A stretch of 64,000 bases of DNA from the human T2T-CHM13v2.0 reference genome, Homo sapiens. The stretch's first letter is position 1. Each line of letters opens with the position of its first letter. This document shows, piece after piece, positions 13,975 to 28,210 of the stretch. The notes under the pieces are model-generated. The model was given only the letters and a program-made list of their open reading frames with translations. It was not told where the DNA came from and did no database searches. A program made the position numbers and the translations under genes. Location: NCBI RefSeq assembly GCF_009914755.1, contig NC_060931.1; one strand, written 5' to 3'.

Positions 13975-16250
13975 GAGGAGTCACATACGGCTGTGTTTCT
14001 GTAAACTGAACCAATAGGCCTCAGTGGCAACTTGGGACAAAGGGGATGAAGCACCTTGTAGTGGTGAGTCTAGACCCTGGGATGGTGGGGCTTAGCAGCA
14101 TCCCAGACTTGTGAGAGCAGGTACAGTGGCAGCAAGTACCCCAGAATGGTGGGGCACAGCTGTTGGGGCCCTGGGGGAGCATGAAGCAGCACAACAATGA
14201 CTCTACTCCCTGGGAAGAGGGGTATCTCAGTAGTTCAGACTCTAGGGGGCTAGTCCAACTCCAGGGAAGCAGAATACTGGAGTTGTTTTGCCTGTAAATG
14301 TGGGGTGTCTCAGCTCAGCCACTGCTGTTTCCCTTGGATGTAGGGTGTCATGTCAGTTCAGCCTTAGATGTGCAGCTTCTTAGCTTGAAGTCTGTAAAGA
14401 CAAAGTTCCCAAGGGGCAATGAGCCACTTCAGCCAGTCCTGGAAGGCATGACTAGTCTGGATGACCCGGGCACCATTTCCTTGGGATATAGGGCACTGTT
14501 TCGGCTTAGGTGCTGCAGGGTATGACCACTTCAGACAGTCAAGGCACCATTTCCTGGGAGGCAGGTTGTTGCTTCAACTTAGACTTTGGTGAGGTATGAC
14601 TGCTTTGGGCAGCCAAGGAACTGTTTCCCTGGGATGTCAGGCATAGCTTCAGCTCTGAAACCTGTGTCAGGGCACAGTAGTAACTGGAAGGGATGAGAAG
14701 CAGTGTGCAACTTCAGTATTGGTCCTGTGGGACAGGTGCAGCAGCAAGTGGGAGGGGCTTTTGGAGCAGCTCTGCCGGGGCACTGTTTACTTGGGAGGCA
14801 ATGCACAGCCTTGGCTTAGGCCCCTCAGGGCAGGGTGCAGCAGCAACTGGGAGAAGTATATGAAGCAACTTCACCAAGGCACCATTTCCCCAGGAAAGGT
14901 TGTGCAACTTGAGCTCAGGCCCCAAGGGGCAGGGCGCAGCAACAACTGGAGAGGTAGATGGAGCTGTTCTGCTGAAGAACTGTTTTCCTAGCAGGGAGCG
15001 TGCAGCTGCAGGTCAGACCCTGTCTTAGTCCATTTGTGTTGCAATGAAGGAATATTGAGGCTGGGTAGTTTATAAAGAAGATTGGTTTATTTAGCTCATG
15101 GTTCTGCAGCCTGTACAAGAAACATGGCAGGTGTGCAGATCACATGGCAAGAGAGGAAGCAAGAGAGATGGGGAAAGTGCCAGGCTCTTTTTAACAACCA
15201 GCTCTCAGGGAAATTCTCACAGGAATTAATAGAGCAAGAATTCACTTATTACCATGAGGAGAGCACCAAGCCATTCATGAGGGATCCACCCCCATGACCT
15301 TAGCACCTCCTGTTTGGCCTGGATTCCAACATTGTGGATCAAATTTCAACATTAGGCTTGGAGGGTCAAATATCCAAACTACAGCTCTATCCTAAGGCTA
15401 GAGCTCAGTGACTGGGAAGGGTAGATAAAGGAATTCCACTAAGGCACCATTTTCCCAGCAGGCAGTGTACAGCCTCAGCTTAGGGCCCTGAAGGCAGGGC
15501 ACAGCCACGACTGGGAGATGTATATGGAGCTGTTCTGCCAAAGCAAGGTTTCCCTAGGAGGGATTGCACAGCTTCAGCTTTAGCTCCAGGCAAGGGGGCA
15601 GATGGAGGAGCAGGTAGAGTGGTTCCACTGCTGCTTGGTCTCCAGGGAAGGGTGTAACAGCTGCTCACAGCTCAACTTGGGGATTTCAGGCCACAGAATG
15701 GGGGTGGTTCTGTGGCAGCTTAACTTCAGGGATGAAGAGGCACCCATAGCTCCATGCCCCTGGAGCAAGACACACTCCAACATAGTTCCAGTTCCAAAAT
15801 GGCATAACACAGTAGCCATGCAGGCCACTGGGGGTGGGACACTGTGTCCACTCCTCTGCTAAGAGCACAGCTGTGTGGACTCCAGGCAGCTCCCTCAGCT
15901 CAACTTAATGCCTGTGAGGACTGTAGAGACCCACTGGCAAGGTCTGTAGATGTCCAAAGTGTGGATGATGTTGGCTAGGGTTCTCTTGCTCACCTTTCTG
16001 ACAATGGGAGAAATTCCTCCTGGCTCCCAGCTGATCCTGGGTGGGGGATGGGATGTAGGAGTCCTTGTGTTTCCTTCCGTTCTCTATGTGGGTATCCTAA
16101 GTTTCCGTGTTCACTCAGGTTTCTATTACTTCTTTTAGGAACTCCGCCACTCTGCTTTAGCCTTTTTTATTAAAATGTAGTTATTTATTCATTGTTTTGT
16201 CTGTCTTTGTGGTGAGGACATGTGCTAGGGGCTTCTAGTCAGCCATCTTT
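13975..16250 (-). mobile_element. GC-rich 5' UTR of the old L1
   Basis: Ends in tctagtcagccatctt (AAGATGGCTGACTAGA on minus, a typical L1 5' terminus with YY1 core); internal repeats. Confidence 0.65.
15021..15385 (-). mobile_element. MSTB-like MaLR solo LTR
   Basis: tgtcttagtccatttgtgttgc...atccaaactacagc. Confidence 0.82.
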
Positions 16251-16548
16251 CTGTCACTCAGCTATACTTTCTCTTTAAACACTTATGTAGTGTTTGAATT
16301 TAAAAATGTATATTGACAAGCCAACATGCCGTGTTGTCACTGTGTGGCGGTGGAGGTTATCCCCTGATTATCTCTATTCTACTTTCAGTCTCTATAAATT
16401 TGACAATTTTAGGTCCCTTGTATAAATGAAATTACATAATATTTGTTCTTTTCCTTAAAGATAAATTCTTGCATCTGTTCTTGGAATCACATGAAAAAAT
16501 AAGTTACCCATATACCTTGGCCTCCAGCCACCTCTGGTTTGGAAGTAC

Positions 16549-16876
16549 AGACAATTCCCCATATAAACAATGGTTGACTTATAAGTTTGCAACTTTATAA
16601 TAGTGTGAAAGCAATACTCAGTAGAAAACAGACTCTGAATCTTGAGTTTTGCTTAAAAATCATTTATAATAACGTTATTATAAAATAGCTTTGTGTTAGA
16701 TGATTTTGCCCAACTGTAGGTTAATGGATGTCTTCTAAGCATATTTAAAGTAGTTGAGGCTAAGCTATGATGTTTGGTAGGTGAGGTATGTTAAATACAC
16801 TTTCAATTTAATGGTATTTTCAACTTACGATGAGTTTTTAGAGACAAAACCCCTTTGAAAATTGAGGAGCATCCAT
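16549..16876 (-). mobile_element. MER47-type Tigger MITE
   Basis: tgtgttagatgattttgcccaactgtagg...ggctaagctatgatgtttggtagg...gaggagcatc. Confidence 0.75.
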
Positions 16877-18189
16877 ATTGGAATCTTGTCTAAGAATACC
16901 CTGCTATGTGTTTTTCATGCATTACCGCCCACTGTCCTCCACCTGTTGCTCCTGCAAACATATATTGTCAATTCCCTTCTTTGGAATGTTATGCTCTATG
17001 CCTGGCATTCAACCACCTCATTTTCCTCAGCGCGACTTGTTATTCAGCCCAGCACAAGGACCACTGATGTGCACATATGGAATTGTTCTCATTTCTCTGT
17101 GTCATCTAGTATAATGGCACTCATATAGCACATCTATGCTGCCTTACAAAGATAATTTTAGTTTAGGTTTAATCTTATTATTTGGTTGTAATCTCCTTGT
17201 AGAACAGGATCCAGTCTTTATGCTATGTGATGGCCTTGCTTAAAATTTTGGCATGAGATGCAATAATGTTTTAAAAAGTTAAACAATCGTCACATTAATT
17301 TGATGCCTACTCTCTCTCTCCTCTCCCCAGTCACCCTTCATACTCATTTCAGATGCAGTAAATTTGACACAAACATATATAGGTTTTCTTAGTTGCGTTT
17401 TCTGGAAAAAATTTTAATAGTAAAATAGAAATGATTTTACCTAATTTATCTTTATAATACCATAGATAGATAGAGAGTGAGAGAGACAGAGAGATTCAAA
17501 GATATTTTTATAACCCATGCATTCCAGGAGACTATAATTAGTTAGAAGGACACAATTTATATATGTAAAACTAATGCCAAGATCAGAAGACTTTCTGAAA
17601 ATCTATACTTGTAAAATGCTTTATGATTTATAAAGAGGAGGTAGAAGTAATAATTCTTATTTTACTGTTTTTTTTTCCCAGATACTTAATTACGAGAAAT
17701 TACAAGTTAAGCGTCAAATTTTCTTCACAGGAACAGATCTAAAACAGGCCAATTCGGAGACATTTGCAGAAAAACAGAGTGATTAGATAATCTTTGTTAG
17801 CATAAATGGAAAAAGAACATTGAGTAAATATCATTAACCAAATGACTGAGTGGGTAGTTAGTTTTGTAGCTAGTTTTCTAGAATATGTCCTAATACAATT
17901 AAAGTTTATTTTAAAAACTTTAAAGCCTTATAATACAAATGGAAAAATCAAGGCTCAAGGTCACCTAGCCAGTCAGGAGAGTGAATTTTGACTTCCAGCT
18001 CTAAGTGTGTCTCAGCAGCCTCCATGCTCAGGCATGAGTTACGGATGTGGACCCTGAATGCTGTGGTGGTTTAGGAAGGAGGGAGATCAGTGAAGGTGGC
18101 GAGATCAGAAGGTTGACTCTTCACTGAGTCTCAATGTACAAATGGCATTTGGATAAACAACAAGAAAATTGACACTCAGGCACATTAAG

Positions 18190-18350
18190 GCAGTGATTCT
18201 CAAAGTGGGTTTGTTTCAGAATCACCTGAACCACTTATCAGCACCAGTCTCTCCACAAATTCTAATCCAGTGGTCTGAGAAGAGGCTCTGGGCACGAGGG
18301 ATTTGATTAATCTCTTTAGGTGATTATGAAGGCTAGTGGTTAGGAGCCTG
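18190..18350. mobile_element. MER5-like hAT MITE
   Basis: cagtgattctcaaagtg...cagaatcacctg. Confidence 0.55.
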
Positions 18351-18914
18351 GTTATCTCTCATCTTGTATAGTAAGTGCCAATACCAAGGACATAACTAAC
18401 AGCCGATCTGAGGGCTTAAGTTTAAGAGAAGGAGGAATAGAGAAGTTTCTAAGATATTCAGAGACACCCTGTGCATCCTGGCCCCCGTGCCTGGCAGCAT
18501 GGGATACATACAGGAGGCTTATGCCACAGGGTGAAATATAGGCTAGTAAGTTTATTCCTTATTGCCTAGACTTTCTTTATAAAAACCGTGATGATTCTCT
18601 CTGCTATTGAGTACTTTAAAGAAACAAGCACACCTGCCATATTCCAGATGCATGGCCTTGGTCAGCTTCATCAAGCCTCAGCTTCTCATGTAAGTAAAAG
18701 GAAGAGAGTGATATCTAACTCAAATGAAAATTGTGAGGATCAAAAGTAATAATGTGTGAAAAATGCCTAGGACAGAGCATTATTCAAAATTATTACCCTT
18801 CTTCCCTCCTACCACCATGGTACAGTTTTTAGTTTTTATAACATCTATAAATAAAAACAAACTATCCTGTCTCACTATTCCATCAGTCAACGATTTTCAG
18901 CCAAAGGCCACGAG

Positions 18915-19255
18915 AACCTGTGTGTAGGGCTTATGACTCATTGCGGGGAGGGGAAACACACGCCATGGGGAATCTTGAGGCAACTTAGTAAGGGAGTATT
19001 AGAAACAGTCTGTGGAAGGATTTGGGTTTTGGTTGGGTAACTGGGGATTTGCTATGTATTGGATGCTGTCAGAAAGCAGGGACAACTTTATGATTAGGTA
19101 AAGAAATGTCAGTCACTAATTTTAACCAGAAAAGGGGGTATTTGGTATTTTATGGGTGGCCCAATGACCTTGTTTTTGTCTGTGCTTAGACAAAATTTTG
19201 CAATAGACTTGTTTTGTACCACTTTGTCATGGCCTTAGAGTGATCTTACTTGAGC
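18915..19255. mobile_element. Probable ERV/LTR-derived fragment, family uncertain
   Basis: Resembles a recalled LTR-class consensus (cacgccatgggga...ggatttgggttttggttgggt...ttggatgctgtcag). Confidence 0.35.
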
Positions 19256-19619
19256 TGCTCTCTTTTTTTAATTTCTCACATCTGAAATAAAAGAAAATGT
19301 AGGAGCAAAGCTGATATATATTTGAATTGTGAAAGGTGAAGAAGTGTTGAGACACTGAATATTTGTTGAGCAGTTTCTGTATCCTACGTCAAGATAAACT
19401 TTGATCCTTCTGAGAATGTCACAAGTATCTTATCTACATAAGGTGGGATTTGAAGCCAGATCTAGCTGACTTTTAACCACTGAAACTCCCAGTCTGGTGT
19501 GCTGTCACCTTATTGAGCTGTGCTTTGGGCACCATTAGAGCATGTGAATGAATTCCTGCCTGTCTGTTGAAATGGCCTGGCTTTGACTTTACTTATAATA
19601 GAAAACATACTTTGATCCA

Positions 19620-20152
<533 letters not shown>

Positions 20153-21949
20153 TTATCTAGATGATAAGTAAACAAGATCCCAAATGAACTTGGATTTTTA
20201 AAAATGTATTGAACACATTTAAAGTTGCTTTGAATAAGTAAATATGTGTAATAAATATAAATATGAGCAAATATAAATGTTGTGAGGTTTTGTTTTTTCA
20301 GGGGTTTATTTATTTACTTATTTTTAAAAATGCTTATTTCCAAACACGACAGAGAATCAGCATGGGGCCTCATGCCATTTGCTTTTTCCATCTGTATAGT
20401 GACAACTGGATCTTGTGAGGCCAAAGTGGTTATTGAATAGCTTTTCTGTCCTTCAGTCTATCAGGCACCATACTTGGCCCTTCCTTTTATTATTCCTTAA
20501 ATGATAACTCTTGTTTGCTAAACTGAAGCTTGGAGAGGGTGAACAATTTGTCCTCAGTCATCCAGATATTGTGGTAGAGCTGGTGCTGAAACTCACACTT
20601 TTTCCACTATACCTTATCCCTCAATTTTTACAAATTATTCAATTGATGTTCTGGGCCAAAAGAAGATCTTGGATTATCTTCTGAATCATCGAACTAAAAT
20701 GATGTGATCAGATTGAATTTAGTGCAGAGTGTATTTTGTTACATTTTACTTTTTTGAAAAATTAGGATTAGAGGCTAAATGTGGAAATCACAATTCAGTA
20801 CCATAGTGTTGAAGGTCATTGCATATTGAGCCTCAGCATGCTAATTTCCTTTTTATAGATTCTTCTTTCGGCAAAGCATAGCATAATAACCCCACCTGAA
20901 AACCAAGATTATCTACCGCCACCATGTCAGATTGTCTCCACTGTAGCTTGATGGTAGAAAGATGAGGTAAGGCATATCATGAGAGAGATTCACTGTGAAC
21001 CTCCTCTACCACATGCTATGCCACTGATCTCAGGCAAAAGGAATTTTCAACTAGAATCTCCTATTCTGTAAATGTGGAAAACAAATACAAACATATATAG
21101 GTAACTGGTACGGTACATTGTTATGATTTTATGTTTATAGTCAAATAACATACAAATGATATTTTTCATGCAAATTAATTAAAACAACCTCCTAGTCATA
21201 CAATTTATACATTCATTTATACCATATACCCAGCTCCTACATATTTCTATGGATAAATATGGAAGATATCCCAACATTATCACAAGTATATTATATATGT
21301 AAGATGAAATTTGAAGCCAGATCTTCAAATCTTCAAATCTTTAATATCGCCACTAAACAGTATTCTCTTTTAGAAGAGTCCAACCTATATTTTTCTCCTA
21401 CTACCAGCCTAGTAAACTCACCTGCCCCAGGAAATTGTGTCTGATTAACCTGAGCGTGGATGCTTTATTCTTCCAGTCTAGACAGGATTTGCATCCTTAG
21501 CTTATGCTGAAAAGTGATCATATACCCCATTGTACATGGAACTATGTCATTGTGGTAGGACATTATTATAGTGAACATACTCCTAGTAGTTCCATTTGCA
21601 AACTTGGGGACAATACATCTTATGATTCGTTGTGATTTGGCAAAGAAAAGTCTTCCAAGTGCTTCAAATGGAATATAGAAGAAAATGTATGATTATTTTT
21701 CCTAAGTCTCTTTCTTTCTCCAGTACCTCATTGTACATTCATTTACGAAAATAGTAATAACTATTAATAATAGGAAATATAAATCATAATAGAAAAATGG
21801 TCATCCATGTATTTCTGACTTTAATGTTTGAGTGGGTTGTTGGGAGAGGAATGGAGGGAGACTTGCTTCATGACCCAGGGAAAGGCCTTTGAGAAGCACC
21901 ACTAGATCTCAGCTCAATTCTGTCTTCTGTTCTATTTCACTTCCTATGC

Positions 21950-22138
21950 AGACTTGCCAGATTTAGAAAATGAAAACATGGGACTCCCAGTAAAATTTGA
22001 ATTTCAGATTAATGGTAAATATTTTTTTAGTACAACTATGTTCCAAATATTGCATGGGGTATTTATACAAAATAATCATTTGTTGTTTGCCTGAATTTCA
22101 AATTTAACTGGTTATCCTGCATTTTATCTGTCAACCCT
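21950..22138. mobile_element. MER53 palindromic MITE
   Basis: ttgccagat...aaatttgaatttcag / ctgaatttcaaattt...atctgtcaaccct inverted arms. Confidence 0.85.
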
Positions 22139-22559
22139 ACACACAAATCCTTAAGGCTCTGAGTTTTCATGTGGAGAGTTTTCTCATTCAGTGGAATTGT
22201 ACTTAATTTTCTGCACAACCACACATAAGCCTTTAGAAAACTTGCTTAACCTGCAGCTAATAATTCATATCGTAGAGTTGTCATGAGGATTAAATGGAGA
22301 AAATGCAAATAAATCTAGGTTCAGGTTAGGATTCAGCAGCTGCTCGAAAATCATTAGGTAAATGTTTATTTTCTTTTTTCCTCTCAAACTTATTTCAATG
22401 CTTTCCTAACCTTTCCAGGAAGAATAAGGAGCTCCTCCCTTTTCCCTTTCAACAGGCTGTACTTCTTTCTGTTGCAGCAACCTACATGGTTTAAGGCTTG
22501 TTTTGTAATAATGACATAGACATACCAATTTCTTTCTTGTTTGGTTTGTGTTTTGTCAG

Positions 22560-24030
22560 ACATAACTTTTTAAGATTTTTTTCTTTCAAAACTTTCCAAG
22601 TCATCTTATTTAAAACATGTCTAAATAATGGCCTTCTAAGTAATTTTTAGACATAAAGTCTGATTTTAAAAATCTCATTTTTAACTGTAGAGTTTGGTAC
22701 ACAAATTATATATTGATAAAATGTACATCTATTTCTGCCTTTTAGTTTTTTGTTTACTATTTGTCAATATTGTTTTAGGTTTTATTTTTCTCTCCTTTCT
22801 TCTTCCCTTTTCCCTCCTTTTCTCCCTTCCTCCCTTCTGTCTTTTTTTCCTTCCTTCCTTTCCTCCTTCCTTCATTTCTTTTTTAATCAAGTAAACTTTT
22901 TTCTTCTTCACTTCGTTTTTTTACCTTTACTAGTTCGGAAGATATACACTCTATTTTTACTCTTTTATTGCTGTCAAATACAAATTTTCACATTAGTTTA
23001 AGAAAACGGAAGTTAAATAATCTTACTTTCTTCTCAAACAATACACATATCTCGGAACACATAGACAGAAAGTCCCCCCAGGAGTGGGGAGGGATAGCAC
23101 TGGGAGATATACCTAATGCTAGATGACGAGTTAGTGGGTGCAGCACACCAGCATGGCACATGTATACATATGTAACTAACCTGCACAATGTGCACATGTA
23201 CCCTAAAACTTAAAGTATAATAAAAAATAAATAAATAAATAAATAAAAATAAAAAAATAAAAAAATAAAAAATTAAAACCCAGTTCAATTCAAAAAAAAA
23301 AATAAATAAATAAAATAAAAATTAAAAAAAAAAGTCCCCCCAAAGTCATATAATATTGTTGCCTAGTATTTTAGTATTTTCTAGTATTTTAAACTGATAA
23401 ATCAGATATTGTTGATTCATATAAAATATGTTTACCCACATATTTACAGTGTTTTGAGGTAACATTTCTTCCTTTATTATTTGATTTTCCTTCCTGTGTA
23501 ACTTTCATTGTTTTTCAAATGTATCCTCCATATGTACCTTTAGTAAGGGTAAACCGGTAGTATTATCTTTCAATTTTCATTTGTATAAAAGGTCTTTATT
23601 TTGCTCACATTCTTCAAAGAATTTTACTGTGTACACATTGTAGGTTGATTATTATTTTCACTCATTTTTTTAAAGATAGTAGTCGACTGTCTTCCTGCTT
23701 CCACTGCCACTTTTAAGAAGCTGTTTGTCTGTGTAGAGGATTTTTTTTAGTGGTCTGTCTTCTCTAATTGGCTGCCTTTAATATCAGCTTCTTTTTCCTT
23801 AGTATTCTGTGGTTTCACTATGCTGTGTCTAGGTATGATTTCTTTTTATTCACCCTGCTTAAGAACTTTTGGCCTTACTGAATCTGATGATTGATGTTTT
23901 TCATCAATTCTGGAAATTTCTCAGCTATTATCTCTCAAAAAAACTGCCTTCACTTGGCTCTCTTTATCTTCTACTCTGGAACAAATTTAACCTCCATGTG
24001 ACTTCCTTTTTGTAATTTTCATTTTTCTTA
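22560..24030 (-). mobile_element. Ancient L1ME-like remnant
   Basis: Degenerate antisense ORF1 region (tcatcaattctggaaatttctcagctattatctc). Confidence 0.55.
23081..23330 (+). mobile_element. Young L1 (L1PA2-like) 3' stub with double A-tail
   Basis: gctagatgacgagttagtgggtgcagc...ccctaaaacttaaagtataat; perfect 12-bp TSD AAAGTCCCCCCA at 23069 and 23331. Confidence 0.92.
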
Positions 24031-24034
24031 CAGG

Positions 24035-24255
24035 AACATAGCATAGTTGCTAAGAAACAGAATTGAATCCAAACTCTGGGTTGAAATGATGCCTTTAACT
24101 CTTAGTTGGTATATAAATTCAAGAAAGTTTCTTAAGCTTTCTGTGCCTCAGTTCCCTCAGTTCTAAAATGGAGGGAGCAATAGTATCTACTTCATAGGAT
24201 TGTTGTAAAGATTGCAAGATGAAATATGTGTAAAGTGCTAAGAAGCTTGCACAGT
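24035..24255 (+). mobile_element. MIR
   Basis: Core ctgtgcctcagtt...taaaatgg...tacttcataggattgttgtaaagatt. Confidence 0.75.
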
Positions 24256-24769
24256 GTATTTGCTCTTATTTTCTTTTTGTGTTGCATTCTGAGCAATTTT
24301 TTTCATCTCTATTATATGGTTCACCAATTTTTATTTTCTCTTTCTGGTTCTATTAGTATATTTTTCACTTTCAAAAATACAACTTTCGAAAAGTAATTTT
24401 TGGTTATTTTTCAAAATGCCTATACATTTTAAAAAATCACTTACTTTTAATATATTACATTATTTTATATATGTACGTTTGCATTGGCATTTGCTATTGC
24501 TAGTTACCTTCTGCCAGATACCCAGAAACCCTGGGCCATTTCAAACTAAATTTTCAACATGGGATTTTTTGAGACCCACTGATAGTATAGATTCCTTTGT
24601 CCAAACTCTGACAAAGCTGTCTTATGGTTATGAATTTTTGTGGGGAGAATATATTTTTTCTTTTCCACCCAAAGCTAAAACTAGGACAAGTAAGTAGACT
24701 GTGTCTTTCTCTGGAGTTGATTTTTTTTTTTCCAAGTGTTTTCCTTTTCTTAGGTTGTAGCTTTGTGTG

Positions 24770-25133
24770 TGTGTTAGTCTGTTCTCATGCTGCTATGAAG
24801 AAACACCTGAGACTGGTTAATTTATAAAGGAAAGAAGTTTAATTAACTCACAGTTCCGCATGGCTGGGGAGGCCTCAGGAGACTTACAATCGTGGCAGAA
24901 GGCACCTCTTCACAGGGTGGCAGGAGAGAGAATGAGACCCAGTAGGGGAAATGCCAGATGCTTATAAAACCATCAGATCTTGTGAGAACTCACTCACTAT
25001 CATGGGAACAGCATGGGGGAAACCACCCCCATGATTCAATTACCTCCCACTGAGTCCCTCCCATGACACATGGGGATTGTAGGGATTACAGTTCAAGATG
25101 AGATTTGAATGGGGACACAGCTAAATCATATCA
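24770..25133 (-). mobile_element. THE1 (THE1C-like) solo LTR
   Basis: TG...CA termini; 5-bp TSD gtgtg on both sides. Confidence 0.9.
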
Positions 25134-27654
25134 GTGTGGTCGAGTCCAATCTGACTTTACACCTTATATGGGGCCCAGGCTTTGTCCCTGTTGTGCTGTG
25201 TATATGGGTCTGTTAACAGGAAAGATCTAAGTCTCCAGCATTGATGAATAACTTCAGAGCTGCCTCTGCTTTTATACTCATTTACTCGCTTACCTTTCTT
25301 GATTTATGTATTATGAAATTATTCTTTTCTACTAAGACTTTCTACTTATTTTTAACTCATCCATGAGTTTTTAAAAGATGTTTAAAAAATGATTTTTCGC
25401 ATTTTAGGGTACTTTCCACTGTGAACCGAGGTCAACACTAACTGACTCTGCCTCAAATTCCACATCAGAGTTATTGCTATGTGCTCAGTGACAAGCCCAA
25501 TACTTAGTATGCAATAGCCACTCTAATAATACTTATTAAATGAATAAATATATGTATAGTTGAATGTAACCCTGGTATTATTTAGATATTTCTCTAAAAA
25601 CCCAAGGAAAGCTTACTTTGATATTGAAGACAATTAAAATATGTTAAATTTAAAACATTCTATTAAAGCTCTGAACAGAATGCAGGCCTCAATCTGCAAC
25701 TTTAGGAATTTTTACTGACTTCAGATGGGCAGTCCACAATTCATGTGTTTGCTCTTTTGAAGAATATTCTGCCATAGAAAATAATACTCTAAATGTTGGT
25801 TTGATCACCAGACTAAATGGTAAAACCTATATCACTGATAAATTATTTACATCACAGCATAAATACATCTAGAGAATGTATTCTCCATTTATAATATTAT
25901 TTCTATAACCTCAGTAGAGAAAGGAAATTCTGGGGACTGCGATATATCAGTTGGATTCTGGCTTATGCTAATTGTCTGAAGGAAAGTACATCTGCAAATC
26001 TAGGGTTTTTACATTGGAAATTGCTTGCTGGCCTCTTCTCAATATGTTGAGAAAACATATTGAGGGCAAGAAATAAAGTGAGTTCTCTGACTTGGTAAAC
26101 CTGATTTGAAGTGACAATGAGATGGGGGTCTGAGGGAAAAGATACCAAAGCCTGAGGCTGAAAATTCAAATTTGCAATTAAGAAAATGGTTTTCATTCTG
26201 GGATGCCTATTGAAAATATTTGGAGAGCAATAAAAAATATAGACAGCTATACGGTATTCCCATAAGTGAGAACCACGTGTCACTATTTTGCAAAAGCTTC
26301 CCAGGCAATTCTATAGGGCAGCCACAGTTGATGCATCAATCCGGATGCCATGAGAAAACTGAAACCACTCCAGGTATTTGAAACAGGAAGGGGTCTAATG
26401 TAGGGAATCAGAGGCTGCGACAGCACTGAACGGGCTGAGAGAGGAAAGACCAGAAAAAGCTGCTGCTCCTGTTCCAGAAATCAGGAAATGCGAGAATCTT
26501 TGGAAACTACCACTAAAGAGGGCAGCTGCTTTGCTCCAATGAGGGTGGTTTAGAAGAAGCCTGAGACCCACTGGCGAACTACAGGTCTTCTTCCTCCAGA
26601 AGCTCTCGGGCCTGCATGGTGTTTACACACACACAAAAATAATGGCTTCTCTTCAGTTCTACCTGCAGGTGTCACAGTAACAGCTCTTATTATTCATGGC
26701 GTCTAACGCTAACCTTTGTGGCCAGGGACTCTACGGATGCATAGAAGGGACAAGATGGTGCAAGTCTGTCAATAGATTGAGAAATACTTGGAGAGCATTT
26801 AAAAACCAGATTGAGAATCACTGGTTTGGGATAGATGAACTTCCAAAATTCAGAGCACTGTTGTACTCTGTTGTTTTAGTGAACTTTAAACAGCAAAATA
26901 TTTGTAAAAGCATTTATCCAGATTCAAGAAGAAGGCTTGAGGTTTAACACTCCCAGTGAAGAGCTTTTTTCCACCCTGCAGATTTCTGTGAGTACCAGGA
27001 GGAAGTGGGAATATCTTCCCTGACCCCCCACCATAGTTCCTTCCGCTCATCTGGAAGCGTTAAAGAATTCACAAATCAATGGCAAAAATAACTTTTAAGA
27101 GGATTCTAGCCAAACAAAGGCCACACTTGGCAGAGGCTCAGCTGAACCTAGTACTCAAATGGAGAGGTTTCATGATGGGTGTCATGAAAATGTGACTATA
27201 CAAAAGGAAAATGTGTTGATACCAAAGTTCACATCCTTTGTTCTCCATATCATTGCCTCTCTATATGCAAGTGACAGCGTGAATTTTGTAGGACGCTTTT
27301 TCACATACATTTTCTTTTCATATAAATCGTAATGATTGACCAGAGACCCTTGCAAATAGCCTGGGCATGGACAAAGGAAAATAAGAACTGCCCCTTCTTG
27401 AGATGGTGGCTTTCCCTCTTCTCTCTCCTGAGAGCAACCACCCACCCAGCTGGTACGTTTTCTTCTCTTCCACGCCCACTGCCTCTTCCTCTTTCCCTTT
27501 CCCTCCAGAGCTTCCCTGACCCTCTTCTCCTCCCCTTTACCTCCTTCCTGTTAAAAAGTGTCTGGTGGTGGAGCCAGACAGAACTGTAGTCAGAGCCTTG
27601 TGGGATTTCTCAGGGGCAGGGTAACCTCAGGTCCTGAACCTCCCAGAACGTCTA

Positions 27655-28210
27655 CATAATAATAGAATGTTTACTTCTTGCCAAGACAATTCTAAGTATT
27701 TTTAAATTTAGTGCTGAGAATGGTAATTTGCACATAGTTTGTACCTTACAAGTAGATACCGTTATTACCATTATCCCCATTTTATCAATGTAGGCTTAGA
27801 GAGGTCAAACAACTTGCTCAATTTCAGATAGCTAATATTCAAATCAAGTGGTATATATCCCACTGTACTCTGAGCTTCCCTGATTGTAACATTTTTATGA
27901 CTCTAGTTGTGGCATTATAATTTATGAAGGTCATTGATGAACTACAGTGTCCAAATATCCTGGCCCTCTGAGGAAGGTACTGAAAACCATACTATCTTTA
28001 TCACTCTCATCAACAATAAGCATTTATCAAGTGTACACTCTATGCCAAGTCTTATGATGTGTTTTATAAGTACAAAAACTTTATGAAACGGGTAACATTA
28101 TAATCACCCCAATTTACAGATAAGGAAAATAAATTATGGAGACATTAAGTAAATTGCCCAAGATGGCCCAGCTAGTAAATAATAAAGGCAAGATTTTAGA
28201 GCCAACGCTT
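27655..28210 (-). mobile_element. Two MIR fragments (~27655-27850 and ~28010-28210)
   Basis: ccccattttat...ggcttagagaggtcaaacaacttgc; aatttacagataaggaaa...aagtaaattgcccaag. Confidence 0.65.

Noticed and set aside
14440-15620. Repeat-spacer-like periodicity suggesting a CRISPR-type array
   Set aside because: Repeats are degenerate with variable period, lie inside an L1 5' UTR in primate DNA, and no cas genes are present
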